Part shown: positions 54,215-63,384 of the stretch, one piece after another
Layout of the letters: each line of letters begins with the position of its first letter
Numbering within the stretch: the first letter of the stretch is position 1
Assembly (NCBI GenBank): GCA_009840355.1
Contig: VXNZ01000019.1
Span: 101-64,100 of the forward strand
Reading direction: 5' to 3'
Length of the DNA: 64,000 bases
Source of the DNA: Chloroflexota bacterium
GTDB lineage: Bacteria > Chloroflexota > Dehalococcoidia > Lucifugimonadales > JADFKI01
Notes under the pieces: generated by a model
The model's database searches: none
Seen by the model: only the letters and a program-made list of their open reading frames with translations
Told to the model about the DNA's origin: nothing
Made by a program: the position numbers and the translations under genes

Positions 54215-54625
54215 ATGACCGTCAGCCGCGCTCCACTGCCCCAACCTACGCCTGAAAGCCAGCCGTTCTTCGACGCGTTGAAGCAGCGCCGCCTGCTCAT
54301 ACAGCGATGTACGGACTGCGGCAACGCCTACTACTACCCGCGCCCGTTCTGCCCGGCGTGCCTGTCTAGCGCAGTCGAATGGGAGCAAGCGAGCGGCAAG
54401 GGCACGCTGTACTCGTTTGTCATCAACCATCGCGCCGCGCCCGGCTTCGTCGCACCGTACATCATTGCCGTCGTGGAACTCGATGAAGGACCGCGTATGA
54501 TGTCGAATCTCGTCGATGTTGAGCCTGACCCGGATATGGTGCGCTGCGAAATGCCGGTCGAGATTGTATTCGACGAGGTAGATGACGACTTCACGCTGCC
54601 ACGCTTTCGTCCCATCGATAGCTGA
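54215..54625 (+). CDS. Zn-ribbon/OB-fold protein (DUF35 family)
   Basis: FFDALKQRRLLIQRCTDCGNAYYYPRPFCPAC...GKGTLYSFVI. Immediately precedes a thiolase-like gene, which is the conserved pairing. Confidence 0.8.
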   Translation: MTVSRAPLPQPTPESQPFFDALKQRRLLIQRCTDCGNAYYYPRPFCPACLSSAVEWEQASGKGTLYSFVINHRAAPGFVAPYIIAVVELDEGPRMMSNLVDVEPDPDMVRCEMPVEIVFDEVDDDFTLPRFRPIDS

Positions 54626-54715
54626 TGCCCCGAGGCGTTCGAATGTCTCTTGTTTACCACCAAGTTAATCGCATCTACCTCATATATTCTGGCACATAAA
54701 TTAAGGAAGTTAGCA

Positions 54716-55882
54716 ATGGCGAACAGCCCCAGAGAGCTGCGTGGCAAAGTCGCTATCGTCGGCGCGAGCGAGTCTGACCGGATTGGCGTGCTGCCCGACA
54801 AATCCGCGCTTACGTTGCATGCGGAAGCCGCGCGCAACGCTCTCAACGACGCTGGGTTGACTCTCGCCGATGTTGACGGGCTGTTCACGGCAGGCGTTAC
54901 CAGCGTACAGCTTGGCGAGTACCTCGGCATCGTGCCGCGATACAGCGACGGCACGAATGTCGGCGGATGTTCGTTCATCATGCATGTAGAGCACGCGATG
55001 CTCGCCATCGGAGCGGGCATCATCAATGTCGCGCTGATAACACACGGCGAAAGCGGCAGGTCGCGCGTGGGCATGGGATATGGCGGCATTGCGCCGGACT
55101 CGCCGCAAGGTCTGTACGAAGCTCCATATGGCACCTATGGTCCGACCACGCTATTCTCGCTGCCCGCGACACGACACATGCACGAGTACGGCACGACCCG
55201 CGAGCAGATGGCGGAAGTCGCCGTGTCCAACCGCAAGTGGGCGGCGATGCACCCGATGGCGATGATGAAAGACTCGATTACCGTTGATGATGTGATGAAT
55301 TCGCGGCCGATCTGCTGGCCATACACGCTGTTCATGTGCTGCCTAGTTACCGACGCCGGCGGCGCGCTTGTGCTGACGAGCGCAGACAGAGCGAAGTCGC
55401 TGCGCAAGCCACCCGTGTACATTCTCGGCACAGGCGAGGCGACAGAGCACAATATGGTCAGCATGATGGCAGATATGACCACATCTCAGGCAGCGAAGGT
55501 GTCAGGCAAAGCGGCGTTCGAAATGGCAGGCGTGTCGCACGCGGACATTGATGTCGCGGAACTTTACGACGCATTCGCCTTCACGCCGATGCTCGCGCTG
55601 GAAGACCTCGGCTTCGTCAATCCGGGTGAAAGCGGGCCATTCATGGCAGAGCGGCGCACCGGGCCCGGGGGCGATTTCCCGATGAACACCAACGGCGGCG
55701 GGCTGTCATACACTCACTCGGGAATGTACGGCATGTTCACGCTCATCGAGCTGACACGCCAACTCCGCGGCGAAGCCAGCGAACGACAAGTGCAGGACGC
55801 GCAAGTCGGCATAGCGCACGGGCCAGGCGGCATGTTCGCGGCGGCAAGCACTCTCATCGCGGGAACTGCGGATACGCTGTAA
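54716..55882 (+). CDS. thiolase-fold protein (SCP-x / non-specific lipid-transfer thiolase-like)
   Basis: VAIVGASESD... with the thiolase-like N and C halves. NTNGGGLSYTHSGMYG C-terminal motif. ATG at 54716 after AAGGAAG. Confidence 0.85.
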   Translation: MANSPRELRGKVAIVGASESDRIGVLPDKSALTLHAEAARNALNDAGLTLADVDGLFTAGVTSVQLGEYLGIVPRYSDGTNVGGCSFIMHVEHAMLAIGAGIINVALITHGESGRSRVGMGYGGIAPDSPQGLYEAPYGTYGPTTLFSLPATRHMHEYGTTREQMAEVAVSNRKWAAMHPMAMMKDSITVDDVMNSRPICWPYTLFMCCLVTDAGGALVLTSADRAKSLRKPPVYILGTGEATEHNMVSMMADMTTSQAAKVSGKAAFEMAGVSHADIDVAELYDAFAFTPMLALEDLGFVNPGESGPFMAERRTGPGGDFPMNTNGGGLSYTHSGMYGMFTLIELTRQLRGEASERQVQDAQVGIAHGPGGMFAAASTLIAGTADTL

Positions 55883-55965
55883 AGGTGCGTAACGCCGGGC
55901 GAATTACAAATCGCCCTGATCTAAAGCCCTCCTTGACGGGAGAAAGGACAAATCGTACTGCGAAT

Positions 55966-56268
55966 ATGGCAATTGACAAGGTAATGCTGAATGTCGAGAC
56001 TGACGGCGATGCACGGGCGAGCGAGATAATCGCGGACTTGCGCACGGTGGCGGAGACGCTGTACTTCCCGATGAAGCTCGTCGGATTCTGGGACTATCAG
56101 GCGGACATGCACCTCTGCCCGCACGAAGAGCGCGGCGAGGCATGCCCGCACAAGCTGCCCAAAGACGACCCGCGATACGTTGATTATGCCGTCACGATGC
56201 AGCGCGAGCGCAGGGCGAACATTCAGATAAGCTTCCCGCACGCTGGCGTTACGATATTCTTGAGCTAA
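55966..56268 (+). CDS. hypothetical protein (100 aa)
   Basis: In-frame ATG at 55966. No recognisable domain. Sits between the thiolase and acyl-CoA synthetase genes. Confidence 0.4.
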   Translation: MAIDKVMLNVETDGDARASEIIADLRTVAETLYFPMKLVGFWDYQADMHLCPHEERGEACPHKLPKDDPRYVDYAVTMQRERRANIQISFPHAGVTIFLS

Positions 56269-56337
56269 TTTCATTCCGTTCGTGCCTTTTGCCATCCTTA
56301 GCATTAGCATTTGAGACGATTTCACAAATCCCCAATG

Positions 56338-56460
56338 TTGTCATTCCGCTTCGTTGCCATGTCATTCCGAACACAGTGAGAAATCCGAAACATGTCCCCA
56401 CGAAGGCAGGGATCGTTGCATGCAAACCTGTTTAGATTTCTCGCTTCGCTCGAAATGACA
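56338..56460. repeat. imperfect inverted-repeat (MITE/REP-like) intergenic element
   Basis: GTCATTCCGAACACAGTGAGAAATC (56361-56385) faces GATTTCTCGCTTCGCTCGAAATGAC (56435-56459). An extra partial copy GTCATTCCGCTTCG starts at 56340. Translated, it gives the RFLASLEMT / FERSEKS type peptides. Confidence 0.6.
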
Positions 56461-56604
56461 GGAAAAAAATTGCATCTGCGAAATCGTCTTAGCATTTACG
56501 CCGGAATATATTTTTGGTACAACCGGATAAAGCAAGAACCAGCGTGTGCCGTCACCTGCTACGGTATAGTGCCCATACATTTCCCATACACCAGGAGGTA
56601 AGCC

Positions 56605-58194
56605 ATGACTAGCGCCGCAACCGACCGCGCATCCCTCGCGCCCTACCCGACCTATCCTTTGCAGCACATCTTGAGCGAGACGGCTAGGCGATTGCCGCAG
56701 AAGGCGGCGATCATCGATGGTGAGTATGTCTATTCGTACCAGCAACTCGATGTGTACAGCAATCGTTTCGCGGCGGCGCTGGCGAAATTGGGCGTGGTCA
56801 AGGGCGACCGCGTGGGATTGCTCGCGCCGAACTGCGCCGAGTTCGAGATTGCGTTCTTCGGCATCGTCAAAGCCGGCGCTGTGGTAACGACCATCAACTC
56901 CGGATACCGTGAGCGCGAGATTGCGCACCAACTCAGCAACAGCGGCGCGGAAGTGCTGGTCGTCCACGAATCGCTGCACCAGATGGCTGAAGCCGCCCAC
57001 GATGGCGCGCCTGAAGTGAAGCGCATGATTATCATAGAGTCGAGTTCGCGCGAGTCCGATTCATTCTGGGGACTCATAGAGCGCTCGCCGGCGACGACGC
57101 CACCGGTCAGAATTAACGCCAAGGAAGATTTGGCGGCGCTGCCATACTCCAGCGGTACTACAGGGCTATCCAAGGGAGTGATGCTGACGCACTTCAACAT
57201 GACGGCGAATCTGCGGCAGTTCATGGTGCGGCCCGGCGAGGCATTGCAGCAGCGCGAGTCCGATGTAATGCTCGCGCACCTACCACTGTTCCACATTTAC
57301 GGCATGCAGGTGCTGATGAATGCTGTGATATTGTCCGGCGGCACGCAGGTGATGATGGGACGCTTTGACATGGGCGAAATGCTGCGCCTAGTCGCCACGC
57401 ACAAGATTACGCACCTTTACACCGTGCCGCCGGTTGGCATCGGGCTGTCGATGCTGCCGAACCTGGGATTAGAGCCTGATTTTTCGTCGATGATAGCCGC
57501 GTGTCTTGCCGCCGCGCCCGCATCCGCCGAGCTGCAAATGCGAGTGCAGGAAGTCGTAGGCTTCCCCGTGTTCCAAGCTTACGGCATGACCGAGCTTTCG
57601 CCCGTGTCCAATCTGGACTACATTGAGCCTGACAGGATGACGCCCGGCTCGGTCGGTCCGGCGATTTCAGACACCGAAGAGCGTGTGGTTGACACGGAGA
57701 CTGGCACGAAAGATGTGCCGGTGGGCGAACTGGGCGAACTGTTAGTGCGAGGTCCGCAGGTGATGAAGGGCTACTACGCCAACGAAGAAGCCACGCGCGA
57801 AACAATCGACGACGACGGCTGGCTGCACACCGGCGACATCGTGCGAATGAACGAGGATGGCTGCGTGTGGATTGTTGACAGGGTGAAGGAACTCATCAAG
57901 TATAAGGGCTTCCAAGTGCCGCCCGCCGAACTCGAAGGCTTGCTGCTGGAACATCCGGCAATCACGGACGCCGCTGTCGTCGCCAAGCCCGATGTTGAAT
58001 CCGGCGAAGTGCCCAAAGCTTTCGTCGTTACGAAGCAAGGCGAAGATGTGTCCGGCGAAGACGTGATGAGTTTCGTCGCATCGAAGGTTGCCACCTTCAA
58101 GCACATCCGCGAAGTGGAGTTCATCGATGCCATCCCCAAGAACCCGTCCGGCAAAATACTCCGCCGCATGCTAATCGAAGGCGAAGGCGAGTAG
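56605..58194 (+). CDS. AMP-dependent acyl-CoA synthetase/ligase (ANL superfamily)
   Basis: LPYSSGTTGLSKGVMLTH (A3), YGMTE, TGDIVRMNEDGCVWIVDRVKELIKYKGFQV and PKNPSGKILRR (A10). Confidence 0.9.
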   Translation: MTSAATDRASLAPYPTYPLQHILSETARRLPQKAAIIDGEYVYSYQQLDVYSNRFAAALAKLGVVKGDRVGLLAPNCAEFEIAFFGIVKAGAVVTTINSGYREREIAHQLSNSGAEVLVVHESLHQMAEAAHDGAPEVKRMIIIESSSRESDSFWGLIERSPATTPPVRINAKEDLAALPYSSGTTGLSKGVMLTHFNMTANLRQFMVRPGEALQQRESDVMLAHLPLFHIYGMQVLMNAVILSGGTQVMMGRFDMGEMLRLVATHKITHLYTVPPVGIGLSMLPNLGLEPDFSSMIAACLAAAPASAELQMRVQEVVGFPVFQAYGMTELSPVSNLDYIEPDRMTPGSVGPAISDTEERVVDTETGTKDVPVGELGELLVRGPQVMKGYYANEEATRETIDDDGWLHTGDIVRMNEDGCVWIVDRVKELIKYKGFQVPPAELEGLLLEHPAITDAAVVAKPDVESGEVPKAFVVTKQGEDVSGEDVMSFVASKVATFKHIREVEFIDAIPKNPSGKILRRMLIEGEGE

Positions 58195-58415
58195 TATAGT
58201 TCCGCCTCCTTGACGAGGAAAGGTTGTGAGAGCCTTCGGCAACGAAATCTATGCCCAACACCTAACCATCCATTCACACCGCGCACTCCCAAAGGAGATG
58301 AACAGCAGACTTTGCGCCAGCGCGCCCGATAGGAGTATCATTAAAGGGCGGCGTGATTTTCTCAAGCTGCAGGCAGAGAAGGCATCAGATTTAAGAAGGG
58401 CACGAGGTAGAAAAA

Positions 58416-58643
58416 TTGGCAGACGCAGTATTGGTCTATTCTACGATTGGATGCGGCTACACGGACATCGTTAAGGCAGAGCTCGACAAGGAAGGTAGGG
58501 CATACGAAGAGATAAACCTGTCGCTGCATCCCGACCGCTGGCCTGAGATTCTGCCGCACACGGACGGCATCCGCTTGACGCCCGTCGTTATTGACGGCGA
58601 CGAAGTTACTGTCGGCGTGAATGGTATCGGCTGCGTATCGTAG
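58416..58643 (+). CDS. glutaredoxin-like (thioredoxin-fold) small protein, CxxC lost
   Basis: 75 aa, TTG start. VLVYSTIGCGYTDIVKAELDKEGRAYEEINL...TPVVIDGDEVTVG. Confidence 0.55.
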   Translation: MADAVLVYSTIGCGYTDIVKAELDKEGRAYEEINLSLHPDRWPEILPHTDGIRLTPVVIDGDEVTVGVNGIGCVS

Positions 58644-58662
58644 GGTAAACGGAGGGCACGAC

Positions 58663-58899
58663 TTGGCAGAATCCAATATCGTGATTTACACGCATCCCAC
58701 TTGTGAGATTTGCGTGACGGTCAAAATGGAACTTGACGAGCAGGGCAAAGCCTATGAGGAAATCGATCTCGCCGAGTTTCCTGAGCGATGGTCAGAGGTC
58801 GAGGAACTAGCCGACGGCGATCGCATCACACCAGTGACCGTGGAGAACGGCGAGGTCACCATCGGCTACCACGGCATCGGCTGCATGTTCTACGACTAG
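58663..58899 (+). CDS. glutaredoxin/NrdH-like small protein with CxxC
   Basis: TTG at 58663 sits 6 nt after GGAGGG. IVIYTHPTCEICVTVKMELDEQGKAYEEIDL...TPVTVENGEVTIG. Paralogous to the preceding gene. Confidence 0.6.
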   Translation: MAESNIVIYTHPTCEICVTVKMELDEQGKAYEEIDLAEFPERWSEVEELADGDRITPVTVENGEVTIGYHGIGCMFYD

Positions 58900-58921
58900 C
58901 CGGAGACTCCGCGCCACCTGC

Positions 58922-59566
58922 TTAGGAAACGTCATGCGCCTGCATGAGGCACACCCAGCTCTTTTGGGTCATCTCCACGCGGCGGCGGCGCAGAGCATTC
59001 TCATTGTCCCAGAGCTCCCTAGCAACGCCCAGGTGACGTGGAGCGTCATACCGCGTCTGTTCCCAGTGCGACGGACTGCGGTATCCGGTCACCAGTACAA
59101 TTTCCATCGGACTTGCGACTGCAAGAGTCGTCCAGAGCCCCAATATGCTGGCGCCCATAGATTCGATTCTGGGCCATATCCCGTTCTCAGAGCAATGCAC
59201 AAACTCTTTGAGGTCGCCCGGCTGAATGAAGAACCGACGGAAGCCGTAAACGGGACGCCTGTCTCCCTCCGGAATGACCGACTTGGGGCGCGACGATATC
59301 GCCCTGAACAGTCGCACCTCTTCAGATTGACAAAGCCCATCTAAATATATTCGTGATAAGGACTGCGCCTTCTCCCATGAATATAGGGAGCGCCACGATG
59401 TTATCTGCACCAATTCGTTCTGCGGATTGCCTATGAGTCCGCTGAGCTGGCAAATAACATTTCCACCCGCGCCACGAATCGCAGGAAACATGTCGGACTG
59501 GCAGACAGACAAGTATTCGTTCAGCCGCTTGGCATCGACGATTACGCGTCGCTCTTCGTAAATCAT
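58922..59566 (-). CDS. NIPSNAP family protein (two tandem NIPSNAP-like halves)
   Basis: MIYEERRVIV...LVQITSWRSLYSWEKAQ and a second half YGFRRFFIQPGDLKEF...VLVTGYRSPSHWEQTR. Confidence 0.55.
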   Translation of the reverse strand: MIYEERRVIVDAKRLNEYLSVCQSDMFPAIRGAGGNVICQLSGLIGNPQNELVQITSWRSLYSWEKAQSLSRIYLDGLCQSEEVRLFRAISSRPKSVIPEGDRRPVYGFRRFFIQPGDLKEFVHCSENGIWPRIESMGASILGLWTTLAVASPMEIVLVTGYRSPSHWEQTRYDAPRHLGVARELWDNENALRRRRVEMTQKSWVCLMQAHDVS

Positions 59567-59839
59567 GCTTCCTCCTATACCGGGTTAGTCAGCGCACATC
59601 ATACCGCATCGCGCCGCTCAATTGAATGGTGTTCCGATTAGTCCCTTCGCTCTGTGGTGGAATGTTGGGATTGGAAAGTTAGGAGGGGGAGAGATGAGAA
59701 ACGCCCATCCCCTTCACAGGATAGCGAACGCTTGACCAGCCGCCCGTTAAAGCGTAATCTTGGCGTAGTCCACATTGGCACACAATGGCACAGATCACCG
59801 ACATGCCCTCGCCGTCGGGCGTGTTAAGGAAGGTACGCA

Positions 59840-60892
59840 ATGCAGTTCGGTTCGTTTATGGAGTTCCATCGCCGCGAAGGCAGCACTCAGGCGGACGCCT
59901 TCCGCGAGGCGTTCGACCACATCGCGCAAGCCGAAGCACTCGCCTTGGACGGCGTTTGGCTTGCCGAGTCGCACTTCAACCCGGCGCGCTCTGTCCTGTC
60001 GTCTCCACACGCCATCGCATCCGCGATCGCCGCACGAACAGAGCGCCTACGCATCGGTACCGCAGTGAGCGTGCTGCCGCTCGGCAATCCCCTGCGCACG
60101 GCGGAAGAAACGGCGATCATCGACCACATCAGCCAAGGTCGCTTCGACTTCGGCGTGGGACGCAGCGGGCTGCCTGGCTCGTACGAAGGCTACAATATTC
60201 CCTACGCCGAAAGCCGCGAGCGGTTCTACGAGTACCTCGAAATCATCACGAAGGCGTGGACTGAAGAGCGTTTCAGCTACGAAGGCGATTACTACACCTA
60301 CGACGATGTTTGCCTGGTGCCTAAGCCGTATCAGGACCCGCATCCACAGATACGCATCGCCGCGAACACATCTGCCACATTCCCGGTCATCGGCAAGATG
60401 GGACACGCTATATTCGTCGGCGTACGCCAGCAGAGCCTAAATGCGGTGGGCGAGCAGGTGGACAGCTACCGAGATGCGTGGCACAAGGCGGGACACGATG
60501 GGCAGGTCGATGTGTCGCTGCGTGTGCCGCTGTATGTTGGCGAGACAGAAGAAGACGCCCTCACCGTACCCGAAGAGAGCTTTATGCGGCAGTTCAGGCG
60601 GCTCGGCGGACAGCTGACCGCATCCGTACAGCGCGCCGGATCGCACGCGCTTCAAGAGCGCGCTGAGCGTGGTGCAGAACTAGCGGTGCTGGAATGGGAG
60701 CGCGATGTCATCGGTCAGAAGGCAGCAGTCGGCACACCTGAAATGGTCATCGAACAGCTCCGCGTGATGCGCGAAACGCTCAGCCTAACCGGAGTCGTCG
60801 CCGAGTTCAACGCCGGCGAACTAATACCGGAGGAGAAAATCGCCAGTTCCCTGCGCCTATTCTGCGAAGAAGTGATGCCCGCATTCAAGTAG
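59840..60892 (+). CDS. luciferase-like (LLM class) flavin-dependent oxidoreductase
   Basis: MQFGSFMEF...LDGVWLAESHF...RIGTAVSVLPLGNPLR...GRFDFGVGRS. Confidence 0.85.
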   Translation: MQFGSFMEFHRREGSTQADAFREAFDHIAQAEALALDGVWLAESHFNPARSVLSSPHAIASAIAARTERLRIGTAVSVLPLGNPLRTAEETAIIDHISQGRFDFGVGRSGLPGSYEGYNIPYAESRERFYEYLEIITKAWTEERFSYEGDYYTYDDVCLVPKPYQDPHPQIRIAANTSATFPVIGKMGHAIFVGVRQQSLNAVGEQVDSYRDAWHKAGHDGQVDVSLRVPLYVGETEEDALTVPEESFMRQFRRLGGQLTASVQRAGSHALQERAERGAELAVLEWERDVIGQKAAVGTPEMVIEQLRVMRETLSLTGVVAEFNAGELIPEEKIASSLRLFCEEVMPAFK

Positions 60893-60995
60893 ATAGCGTC
60901 GTTATCGCCTGAAATCGTCTCGAAGACCACACTGTGCTATCGTTGTAATAAAGATGATATAATACATACAGCAAACGAAACCCACCAAAGAATAT

Positions 60996-62429
60996 GTGAA
61001 CGGAAATGAGACTTTGGTTGACTCAAATCTTGCAGTCTTAATTGACTACGAAAATGTCGGGCTTGATGCCATTCAGCGCCTGCTCGACCAGCTCTCCGAT
61101 GTGGGCCGCGTGATAATCCGGCGGGCATACGGCGACTGGTCGGTCCAGCGCAACAAGCAGGATCAGCTCCTTGAGCTTGGCATCGAACCCATCCACCAAT
61201 ACCACTCCAACAAGTCTGGCAAGAACTCCAGCGACATCCGACTCGCCATCGAAGCCATCGACTTGCTATACAACAACCCCATCGACACCTTCGTCATCGT
61301 CTCTTCCGACAGCGACTTCGTGCCACTCGTTGGCAAGTTGCGCTCGTCCGGCAAGAGCGTCATCGTCGCTGGGCGGCGCGAAGCGACTTCGCCCACGCTA
61401 ATCAAGAGCTGCGACCGTTACATCTTCCTCGACACTGCAGAAAAGCAGCCGACATCGCACACTTCCAGCCCTGCGCGCCGTAGAAACTACCGACGGAACG
61501 GCAGGCAAACTTCATCCGCTTCCAATCTTGAAGCGGAAGCGCGCTCGCTATTGCAGCGTGCCATGGACGCATCGATGGACGAATCCGGCGAGGTCGTCGG
61601 CTCCAAGCTGTACCAGACTATGCGCCGCATCGAGCCGAGCTTTAATTTCAAGGACTTGAAATATCGCGCGTTCAACCAGTTCCTGGAAGCGCACACAGAT
61701 GTCATCGAAATGACACGCCCCAAGGACGGCAGCGGCGATGTGGTCGTACATTTCACCGGCAGGGAGCAAATCACTCCACCTCCGGTCAGTGCTGACAACG
61801 AGAATCGCGCCGCAAGGCTTGTCGATCCCGCGAGGGACGATGGGCAGGAAGAAGACGCGCCGCAGACGGCAGCAGCGGCAGCACCGGAACCGGTGGAAGA
61901 AGACAAGCCATCGACCAGCCGCGCCAAGCCTAGCACAGGCCGCAGGCAGAGCGAGCGCAGAAGCAGGTCCGGCCGCCGCTTGCTGGGTTCCACGAGACCG
62001 CAGGCAAACAGGAATGAGCCTAAAGCGACAAGCGACGAAAAGCCGATCGACATCGATGATGTCGCAAAGGCAGACTCCGCGCCGGTAGCCGCAGGAGCGG
62101 CATCACTCGCGCAGCCAAAGCAGAGCGTCGATCAGGACAAGGCATCGACGCAAAAGACCGAGCAACCGGAGCTGCCTGAGCCGGATACTGGCGCCGAGAC
62201 AAATGGCGTCGCGGCACAAGTCAGTTGGGAAGTGCTGGTTGATGAGGCATGGGCGAAGCGGGATGTCGAAAAGATAGCCGGACGCTCAGCCGCATCGGAC
62301 GCCGCGAAGATCCTCGGCGCTGCCAAGTTGAGCGAGTCGGAATACCCGACGCTCGAGAAGTTGCTGAATTCCAGCACGCTGCTGCAGCTAAACTGGCGGC
62401 GCGACGGCAACGCGATTTTCCGCAAATAG
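60996..62429 (+). CDS. NYN (LabA/DUF88) domain protein with OST-HTH/LOTUS domain(s) and long basic disordered linker
   Basis: LAVLIDYENV...GKNSSDIRLAIEAIDLLY...FVIVSSDSDFVPLVGKLRSSGKSVIV (NYN). GSKLYQTMRRIEPSFNFKDLKYRAFNQFLEAH (LOTUS). GTG start. Confidence 0.8.
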   Translation: MNGNETLVDSNLAVLIDYENVGLDAIQRLLDQLSDVGRVIIRRAYGDWSVQRNKQDQLLELGIEPIHQYHSNKSGKNSSDIRLAIEAIDLLYNNPIDTFVIVSSDSDFVPLVGKLRSSGKSVIVAGRREATSPTLIKSCDRYIFLDTAEKQPTSHTSSPARRRNYRRNGRQTSSASNLEAEARSLLQRAMDASMDESGEVVGSKLYQTMRRIEPSFNFKDLKYRAFNQFLEAHTDVIEMTRPKDGSGDVVVHFTGREQITPPPVSADNENRAARLVDPARDDGQEEDAPQTAAAAAPEPVEEDKPSTSRAKPSTGRRQSERRSRSGRRLLGSTRPQANRNEPKATSDEKPIDIDDVAKADSAPVAAGAASLAQPKQSVDQDKASTQKTEQPELPEPDTGAETNGVAAQVSWEVLVDEAWAKRDVEKIAGRSAASDAAKILGAAKLSESEYPTLEKLLNSSTLLQLNWRRDGNAIFRK

Positions 62430-62520
62430 CAGCCGAAGGTATCCGCAAATTACCCGGCGGGAATAGGCGACGGGAACATACGGCGGATGCCTTCGTATCC
62501 ACGAACGGGACGCCGCCGCT

Positions 62521-63285
62521 ATGCTGTTAGCCCTCGACATAGGCAACACGAACATCACACTCGGTGTGTTCGACGGCGAACGGCTCGCCGCCACTTGGCG
62601 GCTGTCCACCGATCGCTCCAAGATGCCGGACGAGTACAGCATCATGCTCACTCAATTGATGAGTCTGCGCGGCATGTCGCCACAGGACATCCACGCGGTC
62701 GCGCTATGCAGCGTCGTCCCGCCACTAACGCCGATGTTCGCGGATATGTGCCGGCAGTTCTTCACGGTCGAGCCGCTGGTAGTCGCAGCGGGCACACGCA
62801 CCGGCATACGCATTCTGTACGACAATCCCCGCGATGTCGGCGCAGACCGCATTGTGGACGCCGCCGCCGCGCTGAAACTGTACGGCGGGCCAATCATCAT
62901 CGTCGATATGGGCACCGCTACCGTGTTCGACGCAGTTACGGCGGACGGCGACTATCTAGGCGGCGCAATCGCGCCGGGCATGACAATCGCGCACGACGCC
63001 CTGTTCAGCAGCACATCGCAGTTGCGGCGCGTGGAACTCGTTAGCCCTGCCACGCCCATCGGCAAAAACACCATCCACGCCATACAGTCCGGCATCGTGC
63101 TCGGCTACGCCGAACTCGTGCGCGGGATGGTAGCGCGCTTCGACGAAGAACTGGGCGGCGGCGCGAAGGTAATAGGCACAGGCGGCATGGCGCACATCAT
63201 CGAACGAGAAGCGGGCGTTTTTGATGATCTGAACCCTGACCTGACGCTCACCGGGTTGCGCCTCATACACGAGATGGCGAAGTAG
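62521..63285 (+). CDS. coaX: type III pantothenate kinase
   Basis: MLLALDIGNTNITLGVF, IIVDMGTATVFD and PGMTIAHDAL motifs. Confidence 0.92.
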   Translation: MLLALDIGNTNITLGVFDGERLAATWRLSTDRSKMPDEYSIMLTQLMSLRGMSPQDIHAVALCSVVPPLTPMFADMCRQFFTVEPLVVAAGTRTGIRILYDNPRDVGADRIVDAAAALKLYGGPIIIVDMGTATVFDAVTADGDYLGGAIAPGMTIAHDALFSSTSQLRRVELVSPATPIGKNTIHAIQSGIVLGYAELVRGMVARFDEELGGGAKVIGTGGMAHIIEREAGVFDDLNPDLTLTGLRLIHEMAK

Positions 63286-63384
63286 TCAGGTGGCGAAGTA
63301 TCCTGACTTTCGGCACGACCATATCAGCGCTAACGCCGGACTCGTCTGCCACAATTTCAGCGCGCGAATAATTAGAGGTGAAGC

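Noticed and set aside
54334-55134. 266-aa minus-strand ORF across the DUF35/thiolase genes. Similarly 56362-57000 and 56730-57296 lie opposite the acyl-CoA ligase.
   Set aside because: They are antisense shadows. The 3' end of 56362-57000 is generated by the palindromic repeat element.
59668-59730. Possible additional, degenerate copy of the dispersed hairpin motif (ggaaagttaggaggggg ... cccatcccc)
   Set aside because: Only the tail resembles the consensus and no clear hairpin is present, so it is too weak to count as an instance.
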